Shown here in pieces: positions 31,309 to 41,745 of a stretch of 64,000 bases of DNA (its first letter is position 1; each line of letters opens with the position of its first letter). The DNA lies in assembly GCA_965223075.1 (NCBI GenBank), contig OZ244986.1, positions 3,204,462-3,268,461 of the forward strand, in the 5' to 3' direction. The notes under the pieces were generated by a model that saw nothing but the letters and a program-made list of their open reading frames with translations, was not told the DNA's origin and made no database searches. This DNA is from Candidatus Marinacidobacterium sp. (GTDB lineage Bacteria > Acidobacteriota > Vicinamibacteria > Marinacidobacterales > Marinacidobacteraceae). The position numbers were made by a program, and so were the translations under genes.

Positions 31309-33729
31309 TTGCCTCGTCATCCCCTGACATCCCGCAAAGCGTTCCGGATGATCGCCCTGGTGGGGTTTGCCGTGCTGGTCGGTGTTTCCCTGGCCTCTGG
31401 CAGTCAGCCCCCCATCCACGACGGACCGGCCCCTCCTCTCGCGGATAGCCGGGCGCAGGACGATTCCGACGACCTCGGACTCGCGGACCGCGGGGCCGGC
31501 AGGCTCGCCGACAGCCAGCAAGACCTCAGTTCGGACATAAGGGGCCGGATCCTCGGGCCGCCCGCCCCCGCGGCCGGGGAGGCCGTCCGCCGCGACGCCG
31601 ACGGCCGGGTAACGCTCCGCGCCTTCCGGCTCGCCGAACCGATCACCGTGGACGGGGTTCTCGACGACCCGGTCTACGAACAGGTGCCGGCGGCCGAGGG
31701 GTTTGTCCAGCAGGAGCCCAGCGAAGGCGCGCCCGCCTCGGAGGGCACCCGTGTCTGGGTGCTCTACGACGCGGACAGCCTCTACATCAGCGCGGAACTC
31801 GAAGAAGAGCACCCGGAGCGCCTGATGGCCAACGAGATGCGCCGCGACCAGCGGAACATCGACTGGGGCGACAGCTTCTCGGTCATCATCGACACCTTCT
31901 ACGACCGCCGGAACGGCTTCTTGTTCCACACGAACGCGCTGGGCGCCCTGTTCGACGCGCAGGTGACCGACGAACGGAACACGAACAGCGACTGGAACAC
32001 GGTCTGGTGGGTGAAGAGCCATCTGCTCGAAGACAGGTACACCGTGGAGATCCGGATCCCGTTCCGCTCGCTCCGTTACACCGCCGGCGGACCCCAGATC
32101 TGGGGGATCAACTTCCGCCGCCGCATCAAACACCGAAACGAACAGGTGTTCTTCACCCCGACGCCCCAGTCGTACAGCCGCGACGGATTGACCCGTCTCT
32201 CCAACGCGGCGACGCTCGTCGGCGTCGAGGCGCCCCCCGGCTCGAGACGAATGGAACTGAAGCCCTACGCGATCGGTTCCCAGAGCCACGTTCCCCTGCG
32301 GGACATCAACAACGAGTGGGCCGGCGACGTGGGCGCGGACTTCAAGTTCGGCGTCACCGACGGGCTCACCGCCGACGTGACCTGGAACACCGATTTCGCG
32401 CAGGTGGAAGACGACGAGACCCAGGTCAACCTGAGCCGCTTCAGCCTGTTCTACCCGGAAAAGCGCGAGTTTTTCCTCGAGGGACAGGGGGTCTTCGACT
32501 TCGGCGGCCGGCAAACCCGCGTCCGCCCGTTCGGAGGCGACTCTTCCGACGCTCCGATCCCGTTCTTCAGCCGGTCCATCGGCATTGCGGGCGGCAGCGT
32601 GGTACCGATCCTGGGTGGTGCGCGGCTCCACGGCCGCGCCGGCGCCTACCAGATGGGCCTCATGAACATCCAGACCGGCGCGGTGGGGGGGCTCGACGTG
32701 GAGAGCACGAACTTCAGCGCTTTCCGGATCAAGCGCGACATCTTTTCCCGGTCGAATATCGGAGTCATCGTCACCCATCGGAATGTGAGCGCCGACGGCT
32801 CCGGGGCGAATTCGCTCTACGGAATGGACGGGAACTTCGCCCCGACCGACAACGTCCGCATCAACACCTTCTACATGGCAACGAGCGAGCCCGGAGTCGA
32901 GACCGGGCACCAGGCCGCCACTTACATGGGCCAGTTCCGCTACGAGACCGACCTGATCGATGTCACCGCCGAGCGGCTCTATCTCGGTGAGGACTTCAAC
33001 CCCGGGATGGGTTTCGTCCGCCGCCGGGATTTCACCAAGAACGGCGGAAGCCTCCAGTTCTCGCCGCGCCCCCGCGGCATCAAAGCGATCCGCCAGTTCG
33101 AGTTCAAGGTGGACGCGAACAACTACGACCGTCCCGACGGCGAGATGGAGACCCGGGAATACAAGTTCGAGGCGCGGGCCATCCTGGAGAGCAGCGACCG
33201 CATCTTCCTCGATCACACCGTGACCGAGGAGCGTCTGCTCGAGGGGTTCGACCTTTCAGGCGAGGTCGGGGTGCCCGCCGGCAACTACCGTTTTGCCCGC
33301 ACCGGGGTGCGGTTGCGGATGGGATCCCACCGCCGGCTCTCGGGCTTCCTGCGCTACGAGTTCGGCGATTTCTTCGAGGGCACCCGGCAGGAAGTGAGTT
33401 ACATGGGACGCGCCGAGGTCAGCCAGCGCTTTTCCCTCGAGCCGAACATCAGCTTCAACTGGATCGAGGTGCCGGAGGGCGAGGTACGGGCGCAGGTCAG
33501 CCGGCTCCGCGCCACCTACACCGTCTCGCCCCGCAGCTTCCTGGGCGCGCTCGTCCAGTACAACTCGGCGGCGCAACTGATGTCCGCGAACATTCGCTTC
33601 CGCTGGGAGTACTCGCCGGGCAGCGACCTGTTCGTGGTCTTCAGCACGAACCGCGACGGGGACGACGGGCTCTCCGGGCTCAGCGACCGGACACTCGTCA
33701 TCAAGTTCACCCGCCTGTTCCGGTTCTAG
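31309..33729 (+). CDS. CBM9-like/DUF5916 family outer-membrane beta-barrel protein, paralogue 1 (subfamily A)
   Basis: Signal peptide; ~800 aa; C-terminal ...VKFTRLFRF with terminal Phe (OMP beta-signal); TTG start as in the paralogues; ECF-type promoter GGAAC-N17-CGTT about 35 nt upstream. Confidence 0.8.
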   Translation: MPRHPLTSRKAFRMIALVGFAVLVGVSLASGSQPPIHDGPAPPLADSRAQDDSDDLGLADRGAGRLADSQQDLSSDIRGRILGPPAPAAGEAVRRDADGRVTLRAFRLAEPITVDGVLDDPVYEQVPAAEGFVQQEPSEGAPASEGTRVWVLYDADSLYISAELEEEHPERLMANEMRRDQRNIDWGDSFSVIIDTFYDRRNGFLFHTNALGALFDAQVTDERNTNSDWNTVWWVKSHLLEDRYTVEIRIPFRSLRYTAGGPQIWGINFRRRIKHRNEQVFFTPTPQSYSRDGLTRLSNAATLVGVEAPPGSRRMELKPYAIGSQSHVPLRDINNEWAGDVGADFKFGVTDGLTADVTWNTDFAQVEDDETQVNLSRFSLFYPEKREFFLEGQGVFDFGGRQTRVRPFGGDSSDAPIPFFSRSIGIAGGSVVPILGGARLHGRAGAYQMGLMNIQTGAVGGLDVESTNFSAFRIKRDIFSRSNIGVIVTHRNVSADGSGANSLYGMDGNFAPTDNVRINTFYMATSEPGVETGHQAATYMGQFRYETDLIDVTAERLYLGEDFNPGMGFVRRRDFTKNGGSLQFSPRPRGIKAIRQFEFKVDANNYDRPDGEMETREYKFEARAILESSDRIFLDHTVTEERLLEGFDLSGEVGVPAGNYRFARTGVRLRMGSHRRLSGFLRYEFGDFFEGTRQEVSYMGRAEVSQRFSLEPNISFNWIEVPEGEVRAQVSRLRATYTVSPRSFLGALVQYNSAAQLMSANIRFRWEYSPGSDLFVVFSTNRDGDDGLSGLSDRTLVIKFTRLFRF

Positions 33730-33933
33730 CAGCCCTCCGACGAGCTCCCGGATTCCGCCGACCCCGCGTCTCTCGCCGGGTTCCGCGGCGCGCTTCGTTC
33801 ATGCGAAGGACCCGTTTTGCGGCAACCGCGAGACCTCCGCCCAGCCCCCGGAAGACGCTCGAAAGGGACGGAACCTTTCCGGTAATCTGTTCGTTGGTTT
33901 TTTGAATTCCCATCGGTCTGATCGCCGGCTCCC

Positions 33934-36363
33934 GTGATTCGCTTTTCCCCGAGTTCCCGCAGGGCGTGGCGAGGTTCCGCCGCAGGGTTTTTCTTCCTGC
34001 TGGCCGGCGGTTCGCTCGTTGCCGCGGCCGCTGAACGCATACCGGCGGAACCCGCCCCGCCCTCCTCGGACCGGCGGGTTCAGGACACTCAGGACGATCA
34101 GGATGACCTCGCCCTAACGTCCCGCGGCGCGGGCCGGCTAGCCGTTGACCAGCAAGCGCCGGTCAACTCGGGGATGGCCGGCCGCATCCTCGGGCCGCCT
34201 GCGCCCGCGGCTGGGGAAGCCGTCAGCCGCGACGCCGAAGGCGGGGTGACCCTCCGCGCCTTCCGGCTGGCCGAACCGCTCACTGTGGACGGCGTGCTCG
34301 ATGACCCGGTCTACGACCAGGTGCCGGCGGCGGAAGGATTCCTGCAGCAGGAGCCCGACGAGGGCGCCCCGGTGTCGGAGTCCACGCGCGTCTGGGTGCT
34401 CTACGACGCGGACAGCCTCTACGTCGCCGCCGAGCTGGAAGAGGACCACCCGGAGCGGCTGACGGCCGGCGAGATGCGCCGGGACCACCGGAACGTCGGC
34501 TGGAACGACAGCTTCTCGGTCATCCTCGACACCTTCTACGACCGCCGGAACGGCTTCTTGTTCCACACGAACTCCCTCGGCGCCCTGTTCGACGGCCAGG
34601 TGACCGACGAGCGGAACACGAACAGCGACTGGAACACCGTGTGGTGGGTGAAGACTCGTCAACTGGAGGATGGGTGGACGGTGGAGATCCGGATCCCGTT
34701 CCGCTCGCTCCGCTACGCGGCCGGCGGACCCCAGCTCTGGGGGATCAACTTCCGCCGCCTCATCAAGCACAAGAACGAACGGGTGTTCTTCAGCCCGACG
34801 CCCCAGTCTTACAGCCATAACGGGCTGCTGCGGCTCTCCAACGCCGCGACGCTCGTCGGTCTCGAGGCGCCCGCCGGATCGAGGCGGATGGAACTGAAGC
34901 CGTACGCGATCGGCTCGCAGAGCCACGTCCCCCTGAACGACATCCACAACGAGTGGTCGGGCGACGTCGGCGGCGACTTCAAGTTCGGCGTCACCGACGG
35001 GCTCACCGCGGACGTGACCTGGAACACCGACTTCGCGCAGGTCGAAGACGACGAGACCCAGGTCAACCTGAGCCGCTTCAGCCTGTTCTACCCGGAAAAG
35101 CGCGAGTTCTTCCTCGAGGGGCAGGGAGTTTTCGACTTCGGTGGCCGGCAGACCCGCGCCTTCGGAGGAGGCGGCTCCTCCGACGCTCCCATCCCGTTCT
35201 TCAGCCGGTCCATCGGCATTGCGGGACGCAGCGCGGTGCCGATCCTGGGTGGGGCGCGTCTCCACGGCCGCGCTGGCGCTTACACGATGGGGCTCATGAA
35301 CATCCAGACCGGCGAGGTGGCGGGCCTCGACGTGGACAGCACGAACTTCAGCGCCTTCCGGATGAAGCGCGACATCTTCGCGCGCTCCAACATCGGGGTC
35401 ATCGCCACCCACCGGAATCTGAGCGCCGACGGCTCCGGGGCGAATTCGCTCTACGGCGTGGACGGGAACTTCGCCCCGACCGACAACATCCGCATCAACA
35501 CGTTCTACATGGCGACGGCCGAGCCCGGAGTCGAGAGCGGGCACCAGGCCGCCACCTACATGGGCCAGTTCCGCTACAACACCGATCTGATCGATGTCAC
35601 CGCCGAACGCCTCTATCTCGGCGAGGACTTCAACCCGGGGATGGGCTTCGTCCGCCGCCGGGATTTCACCAAGAACGCCGGAAGCCTCCAGTTCTCGCCG
35701 CGCCCCCGCGGCATCGAGGCGATCCGCCAGTTCGAGTTCAAGGTGCAAGCGAAGAACTACGACCGTCCCGACGGCGAGATGGAGACCCGCGAATACCAGT
35801 TCGACGCGCGAGCCATCTTCGAGAGCAGCGATCGCCTCATGTTCGATCACAGCGTGACCGAAGAGCGTCTCCTCGAGGGTTTCAACCTCTCGAGTGATGT
35901 CGGGATCCCCGCCGGCAACTATCGGTTCTCCCGGACCGGGGTAAGGGTGCGGATGGGATCCCATCGCTCCTTCTCGGGCATGTTCCGCTACGAGTTCGGT
36001 GACTTCTTCGGGGGCACCCGGCAACAGGTCAGTTATTGGGGACGCGCCGAGATGAACCAGCGCTTTTCCATCGAGCCGAACATCAGCCTCAACTGGATCG
36101 AGGTGCCCGAGGGTGAGGTGCGGGCGCAGGTCAGCCGGCTGCGCGCCACCTACACCGTCTCCCCGCGGAGCTTTCTTGGCGCGCTCGTCCAGTACAACTC
36201 GGCGGCGCAACTGTTTTCCGCGAACGTGCGTTTCCGCTGGGAGTACTCACCGGGCAGCGATCTCTTCGTCGTCTTCAGCACGAACCGCGACGGGGATGAC
36301 GGGCTCTCCGGGCTCAGCGACCGGGCGCTCGTCGTCAAGTTCACGCGCCTGTTCCGGTTCTAA
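33934..36363 (+). CDS. DUF5916 family OM protein, paralogue 2 (subfamily A)
   Basis: Near-identical to paralogue 1 over long stretches (RILGPPAPAAGEAV..RDA.G.VTLRAFRLAEP); GTG start; GGAAC-N17-CGTT upstream. Confidence 0.8.
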   Translation: MIRFSPSSRRAWRGSAAGFFFLLAGGSLVAAAAERIPAEPAPPSSDRRVQDTQDDQDDLALTSRGAGRLAVDQQAPVNSGMAGRILGPPAPAAGEAVSRDAEGGVTLRAFRLAEPLTVDGVLDDPVYDQVPAAEGFLQQEPDEGAPVSESTRVWVLYDADSLYVAAELEEDHPERLTAGEMRRDHRNVGWNDSFSVILDTFYDRRNGFLFHTNSLGALFDGQVTDERNTNSDWNTVWWVKTRQLEDGWTVEIRIPFRSLRYAAGGPQLWGINFRRLIKHKNERVFFSPTPQSYSHNGLLRLSNAATLVGLEAPAGSRRMELKPYAIGSQSHVPLNDIHNEWSGDVGGDFKFGVTDGLTADVTWNTDFAQVEDDETQVNLSRFSLFYPEKREFFLEGQGVFDFGGRQTRAFGGGGSSDAPIPFFSRSIGIAGRSAVPILGGARLHGRAGAYTMGLMNIQTGEVAGLDVDSTNFSAFRMKRDIFARSNIGVIATHRNLSADGSGANSLYGVDGNFAPTDNIRINTFYMATAEPGVESGHQAATYMGQFRYNTDLIDVTAERLYLGEDFNPGMGFVRRRDFTKNAGSLQFSPRPRGIEAIRQFEFKVQAKNYDRPDGEMETREYQFDARAIFESSDRLMFDHSVTEERLLEGFNLSSDVGIPAGNYRFSRTGVRVRMGSHRSFSGMFRYEFGDFFGGTRQQVSYWGRAEMNQRFSIEPNISLNWIEVPEGEVRAQVSRLRATYTVSPRSFLGALVQYNSAAQLFSANVRFRWEYSPGSDLFVVFSTNRDGDDGLSGLSDRALVVKFTRLFRF

Positions 36364-36364
36364 C

Positions 36365-36415
36365 GGGAGCGCCGGACTTCAGGCCGGCATCGACCGCCGG
36401 AGGCGGGCGAAACTC
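36365..36415. repeat. Type-B REP-like element
   Basis: GGGAGCGCCGGACTTCAGGCCGGCATCGACCGCCGGAGGCGGGCGAAACTC directly after the stop codon. Confidence 0.7.
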
Positions 36416-36569
36416 ACGCCGCTATCCAGCCCTGAAAGCGGAACGAGGCAGTTTCGGACCCCCGGCGTCCGCCGTTCCGGCGCCCCCCGAAACGCGTTGG
36501 GAAGGGGGGCAAAATTCCGGTAAACTGGCCGTTGGTCTTCGAGTCTCCTCGCGCCGAGCGCCGGCTGCC

Positions 36570-38981
36570 GTGTATCGCCTTTTCCCGACTTCCCGCAGCG
36601 TTTGGGGAGTTTCCGCCCTCGGGTTTTCCATCCTGCTGGCCGGCGCCGCTCCCGGCGCCACGGGGCCGCCCGGCCTCGACGGACCCGGCCCCCCGCCGCC
36701 CGACCGGCGAGTCCAGGACGATCAGGACGGCTTCGCGATACCGGGCCGGGGCGCGGGCCGGCTTGCCGCCGGCCAGCAGGCGTCCGTCAGCTCGGCGATG
36801 GCCAGCCGCATCCTCGGCCCGCCGGCCCCGGAGGCCGGGGAAGCTGTCAGCCGCGACGCTGACGGCCGGGTAACGCTTCGGGCCTTCCGGCTCTCGGAAC
36901 CCATCACCGTGGACGGAGTGCTCGACGACCCGGTGTACGAACAGGTGCCGGCGGCGGACGGGTTCCTCCAGCAGGAGCCCGACGAGGGCGCTCCGGCCTC
37001 GGAGTCAACCCGCGTCTGGGTGTTTTACGACGCGGACAGCCTCTACATCGCCGCCGACCTGGAAGAAGAGCACCCGGAGCGGCTGATGGCCAGCGAGATG
37101 CGCCGCGACCACCGGAGCATCGGCTGGAACGACAGCTTCCAGTTCGTCCTCGACACCTTCTACGACCGCCGGAACGGCTTCTTGTTCCACACGAATGCGC
37201 TGGGCGCCCTCTTCGACGCCCAGGTGACCGACGAGCGCAACACGAACAGCGACTGGAACACCGTCTGGTGGGTGAAGACCCGAATTGTGGAAGACGGGTG
37301 GACGATGGAGATCCGGATTCCGTTCCGCTCCCTGCGTTACGCGGCCGGCGGAGCTCAGCTCTGGGGAATCAACTTCCAGCGCAACATCAAACACAAGAAC
37401 GAGAAAGTGTTCTTCACCGCCACGCCCCAGGCGTACAACCGGGAGGCGCTCATCCGCTTGTCCAACGCGGCGACGCTCGTGGGTCTCGAAGCGCCACCCG
37501 GGTCGCGGCGGATGGAGTTGAAGCCGTATGCGATCGGCTCGCAGTACCACGCTCCTCTACGCGACACCCTGAACGAATGGTCCGGCGACGTCGGGGCTGA
37601 CTTCAAGTTCGGCGTCACCGACGGGCTCACCGCCGACGTCACCTGGAACACCGACTTCGCACAGGTGGAAGACGACGAGACCCAGATCAACCTGAGCCGC
37701 TTCAGCCTCTTCTTCCCGGAAAAGCGCGAGTTCTTCCTCGAAGGGCAGGGGGTCTTCGACTTCGGCGGCCGCCAGACCCACCTGTTTCGGGGTCCGACCG
37801 ATGTTCCCATCCCGTTCTTCAGCCGGTCCATCGGCATCTCCGGCGGCAGCGCGGTACCGATCCTCGGGGGCGCCCGCCTCCACGGGCGAAGCGGCGCTTA
37901 CACGATGGGGCTCATGAACATCCAGACCGGGGACGTGCCGGGCATCGACGCGCAGAGCACGAATTTCAGCGCCTTCCGGCTGAAGCGCGACATCTTCTCG
38001 CGGTCCAACATCGGGGTCATCGCCACCCACCGGAACCTGAACGCCGACGGCTCCGGGGCCAACTCCCTCTACGGCGTGGACGGGAACTTCAACCCGACGG
38101 AACACCTCCGCATCAACACCTTCTACATGGCTACGACCGAGCCTGGGGTTGACACCGGACACCAGGCCGCCAGCTACATGGGCCAGTTCCGCTACGACAC
38201 CGACCTGTTCGACGTCTCCGCCGAGCGCCTCTATCTGGGCGAGGATTTCAACCCGGGGATGGGATTCGTCCGCCGCCGGGATTTCACGAAGGACGGTGCC
38301 TCCGTCCAGTTCTCACCACGCCCTCGCGGCATCAAGGCGATCCGGCAGTTCGAGTTCAAGGCGCAGGTGGACAACTACGATCGTCTCGACGGAGAGATGG
38401 AGACTCGCGAGTACCGGTTCGAAGGCAGGGCCATCCTCGAGAGCAGCGACCGTCTGGTCATGGACTACTCCAGGACCGAGGAGCGCCTGCTCGACGGGTT
38501 CAACCTCTCCAGCGAGGTCACGGTTCCGGCTGGCGATTACCGCTTCTCCCGTACCGGCGTCCGTTTCTGGCTGGGAACCCACCGCGCGGTTTCGGGATAT
38601 TTGCGCTACGAGTTCGGCGACTTCTTCGGAGGCAGCCGGCGGGAAGTGAGTTACTGGGGCCGCGCCGAGGTCAACCAGCGTTTCTCCATGGAGCCGAACA
38701 TCAGCCTCAACTGGATCACGGTTCCCCAGGGCGAGGTGCGGGCGCAGGTCAGCCGCCTGCGGGCGACCTACACCGTCTCCCCGCGCAGCTTCGTGGGCGC
38801 CCTCGTCCAGTACAACTCGGCGGCGCAGCTCGTTTCCGCGAACGTGCGGTTCCGCTGGGAATATTCGCCGGGCAGCGACGTGTTCGTCGTCTTCAGCACG
38901 AACCGTGACGGGGACGACGGGCTCAGCGGGCTGACCGATCGGGCGCTGGTCGTCAAGTTCACCCGCCTGTTCCGATTCTGA
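36570..38981 (+). CDS. DUF5916 family OM protein, paralogue 3 (subfamily A)
   Basis: GTG start; same domain order and C-terminal FRF; upstream CGTT -10 element conserved but -35 degenerate. Confidence 0.8.
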   Translation: MYRLFPTSRSVWGVSALGFSILLAGAAPGATGPPGLDGPGPPPPDRRVQDDQDGFAIPGRGAGRLAAGQQASVSSAMASRILGPPAPEAGEAVSRDADGRVTLRAFRLSEPITVDGVLDDPVYEQVPAADGFLQQEPDEGAPASESTRVWVFYDADSLYIAADLEEEHPERLMASEMRRDHRSIGWNDSFQFVLDTFYDRRNGFLFHTNALGALFDAQVTDERNTNSDWNTVWWVKTRIVEDGWTMEIRIPFRSLRYAAGGAQLWGINFQRNIKHKNEKVFFTATPQAYNREALIRLSNAATLVGLEAPPGSRRMELKPYAIGSQYHAPLRDTLNEWSGDVGADFKFGVTDGLTADVTWNTDFAQVEDDETQINLSRFSLFFPEKREFFLEGQGVFDFGGRQTHLFRGPTDVPIPFFSRSIGISGGSAVPILGGARLHGRSGAYTMGLMNIQTGDVPGIDAQSTNFSAFRLKRDIFSRSNIGVIATHRNLNADGSGANSLYGVDGNFNPTEHLRINTFYMATTEPGVDTGHQAASYMGQFRYDTDLFDVSAERLYLGEDFNPGMGFVRRRDFTKDGASVQFSPRPRGIKAIRQFEFKAQVDNYDRLDGEMETREYRFEGRAILESSDRLVMDYSRTEERLLDGFNLSSEVTVPAGDYRFSRTGVRFWLGTHRAVSGYLRYEFGDFFGGSRREVSYWGRAEVNQRFSMEPNISLNWITVPQGEVRAQVSRLRATYTVSPRSFVGALVQYNSAAQLVSANVRFRWEYSPGSDVFVVFSTNRDGDDGLSGLTDRALVVKFTRLFRF

Positions 38982-39058
38982 CGCGGAGCTCCGCACCGCC
39001 GTACGGGTGGTGTTTCGGCGCGCTCGCCGCCTGTCTGATCTGGGTCCCGGCCGCCGCT

Positions 39059-41287
39059 ATGCCGGCGCCGGGGCAGCCCCCGCCGGCCCCCGTGATCCAC
39101 GGTCCCGCGCCGCCGGATCCCCCGGCGATGATCCGGCGGGACGACCAGGGTGGCGCCACCATTCGGGCCGTCCGCCTCCAAGAGCCGCTCGACTTCGACG
39201 GCCGCCTCGATGAAGCCATCTACGAGCAGGTTCCCGGAATCAGCGATTTCATCCAGACCGAGCCGCTCGAAGGAGCACCGGCCACCGAAAAGACCGAGGT
39301 CTGGGTCTTTTTCGACGACGAGGCGATCTACATCGCCGGACGCTGCTGGGACACCCAGCCCCACCGGATCGTGGCCACCGAACTCCGGCGCGACCACGGG
39401 AGCATCTGGCTCAACCAGCACCTGGCCGTCACCTTCGACACCTTCTACGACCGCCGGAACGCCTTCATCTTTTACCTGAACCCCCTGGGCGGGTTCTTCG
39501 ACGGCCTCATCACGGACGAACGGAACTTCAACCGCGACTGGACCGCGGTATGGGATTCCCGGACCGCGCGTTTCGAGGGCGGCTGGACGACCGAACTGCG
39601 GTTTCCGTTCAAGACCCTCCGCTACCCCGCCGCGGGCCCACAGGTCTGGGGCATCAACTTCCGCCGGGTCGTCCGCTGGAAGAACGAAATCTCCTACCTG
39701 ACCCGGCTCCCGGCCGCCCTCGGGATCTGGTCGATCACCAAGGTGAGTTCCTATGCGACCCTGGTCGGCCTCGAGGCGCCGCCCAGCTCCCGGACCATAG
39801 AGGTGAAGCCGTACCTCACGGGTGACGCCGCCGGGGCCCAGGTCGAGAGCGGCGCCCTCGACCGGGACTTCGGGGGCGATTTCGGGGTGGACGCCAAGGT
39901 CGGGATCACCAGTGGGCTGACTGCCGATCTGACCTGGAACACCGACTTCGCGCAGGTCGAGGCGGACGCCCAACAGATCAACCTGACCCGTTTCAGCCTG
40001 TTCTTCCCCGAAAAGCGCGAGTTCTTTCTCGAAGGGCAGGGGCTCTTCGCCTTCGGGACCTCGGAGCGCACCCCGCGCGCCTCGAGCCGCAGGTTCGGGG
40101 CGCCGAGCAGCGTCCCGCTCCTCTTCTTCAGCCGCCGGATCGGAATCGCCGGAAACCAGGTGGCGCCGATCCGTGGCGGCGCCCGGGTGACGGGAAAACT
40201 CGGCGACTTCGGCGTCGGTGCGCTCGCGGTCCGTAGCGGCGAGAGCGTCGCCGCGGGCGCCCCGGAAACCGACTTCTCGGTATTCCGGCTGAAGCGGGAC
40301 ATCCTGGGCCGCAGCACCGTCGGGGTGATGGGCACCTACCGCTCGGGCACCGGAGACGGCCGGGGGAGCAACGCCGCCTACGGGATGGACGCGCGTTTCG
40401 GGTTCTACGAGAACCTCGACATCCGCAGCTACGCGGCCTGGACGCAGAACGAACACGACGACCGGACCGGCATGAGCTACCGGGGCCAGCTCGACTACCA
40501 GGCCGACCGTTACGGACTCCAATTCGAGCGGCTGGTGGTCGGCGAGGGCTTCGATCCCGGGCTCGGCTTCCTGCGCCGCCGGGACTTCCAGCGCAACTAC
40601 GCGGAGGCGCGCTTCAGTCCCCGGCCGCGCTCGATCTCCTGGCTGCGGAAGATCGGTGGGACCGGCAGTCTCGACTACACCACGGACAACGACGGGAATC
40701 TGGAAACCCGGATCTTCGCGCTCCGGTCCGACGTCGAGTTGGAGAACGGGGACAGCGCCCAGTTCCAGTTGGCCCGGAACCGGGAGGTGCTTCACGAGGA
40801 ATTCGGGCTGGCCGGCGACCTTGCGGTGGCCGCCGGCGCCCACGACTTCGACTACGCCCGCCTCAGCTACCGGGCCGGGCCCCAGCGGCCGATCTCGGGG
40901 ACCTTCGCCTATCAGCAGGGCGGGTTCTTCTCGGGGACCCGGCGCGAACTCGCCTGGCGCGGCCGGCTCGAGGTCGTTCCCCACCTCATCGTCGAGCCCA
41001 TCATCTCTCTGAACTGGATCGCCCTTCCGGACGGCGAGTACGACACCCGGCTGGTCGCTTCGAGAATCAACTACAACCTGTCTCCCCGCAGCTTTCTTGC
41101 CGCGTTCCTCCAGTACAACAGCGCCGCGAACAGCCTTTCGACGAATATCAGGTTCCGCTGGGAGTATCAGCCGGGCAGCGACATCTATCTCGTCTACAAC
41201 TCGGTCCGCGACACCCTGATGCCCGGCTATCCCGAACTCGACACGCAGGCGTTCATCGTCAAGTTCACGCGTCTCTTCCGCTTCTGA
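39059..41287 (+). CDS. DUF5916 family OM protein, paralogue 4 (divergent subfamily B); 5' end uncertain, possible start-codon loss
   Basis: The in-frame upstream codons encode a signal-like segment (WCFGALAACLIWVPAAA) but contain no ATG/GTG/TTG; the position equivalent to the TTG start of paralogues 5-7 reads TTC; the first ATG (39059) lies after the signal region. Confidence 0.6.
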   Translation: MPAPGQPPPAPVIHGPAPPDPPAMIRRDDQGGATIRAVRLQEPLDFDGRLDEAIYEQVPGISDFIQTEPLEGAPATEKTEVWVFFDDEAIYIAGRCWDTQPHRIVATELRRDHGSIWLNQHLAVTFDTFYDRRNAFIFYLNPLGGFFDGLITDERNFNRDWTAVWDSRTARFEGGWTTELRFPFKTLRYPAAGPQVWGINFRRVVRWKNEISYLTRLPAALGIWSITKVSSYATLVGLEAPPSSRTIEVKPYLTGDAAGAQVESGALDRDFGGDFGVDAKVGITSGLTADLTWNTDFAQVEADAQQINLTRFSLFFPEKREFFLEGQGLFAFGTSERTPRASSRRFGAPSSVPLLFFSRRIGIAGNQVAPIRGGARVTGKLGDFGVGALAVRSGESVAAGAPETDFSVFRLKRDILGRSTVGVMGTYRSGTGDGRGSNAAYGMDARFGFYENLDIRSYAAWTQNEHDDRTGMSYRGQLDYQADRYGLQFERLVVGEGFDPGLGFLRRRDFQRNYAEARFSPRPRSISWLRKIGGTGSLDYTTDNDGNLETRIFALRSDVELENGDSAQFQLARNREVLHEEFGLAGDLAVAAGAHDFDYARLSYRAGPQRPISGTFAYQQGGFFSGTRRELAWRGRLEVVPHLIVEPIISLNWIALPDGEYDTRLVASRINYNLSPRSFLAAFLQYNSAANSLSTNIRFRWEYQPGSDIYLVYNSVRDTLMPGYPELDTQAFIVKFTRLFRF

Positions 41288-41295
41288 CCCGCTTG

Positions 41296-41420
41296 GGAGC
41301 GCCGGCCAGTCCTCCTGATGGGAACCTCAGGCCGCGAAACCCGCGCGTAGCCGATCTGCGTAGAGCGCGCGGATGCCCGGGAACGCCGGTGTTTACACCG
41401 GCACGCGGCCCGCAGGGCCG
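41296..41420. repeat. REP-like elements (type B start plus GCCGGTGTTTACACCGGC hairpin)
   Basis: GGGAGCGCCGGCC... and GGGAACGCCGGTGTTTACACCGGCACGCGGCCCGCAGGGCCGC. Confidence 0.7.
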
Positions 41421-41745
41421 CAGAGCGCGTAGACCTGCCCAGCCGCTTGGCGTGGATGCCGGGAACGTCGCACTGACCTGCCAAGGACGGAGCCCGATCC
41501 GCGATGGCTTCGTCACGTTCGGTTCGCGGCGGTGGCGCGTCCGGCTGGCTGGACCAAAGCGATGCAAGTTGCGAAACTTGACTGGTCGGCGTTGCGCCGG
41601 AGGAGGAAGACGAGGACTTCGACTTCAAGCAGACAATGCGGGCCATCCACTCGGAGCTCGACGAACTCAACGCCGAGTCCGTCCGGCTCGCGGCGACCAT
41701 CAAGCGGAACTTCGAGGCTCTGGAACTGTGACTGAACGAAAGTCC

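Noticed and set aside
41293-41745. 5' extension of the YhcG ORF as given in the track (510 aa)
   Set aside because: The first 150 codons are Arg-rich and overlap REP hairpin DNA. YhcG homology begins at the internal Met (41746).
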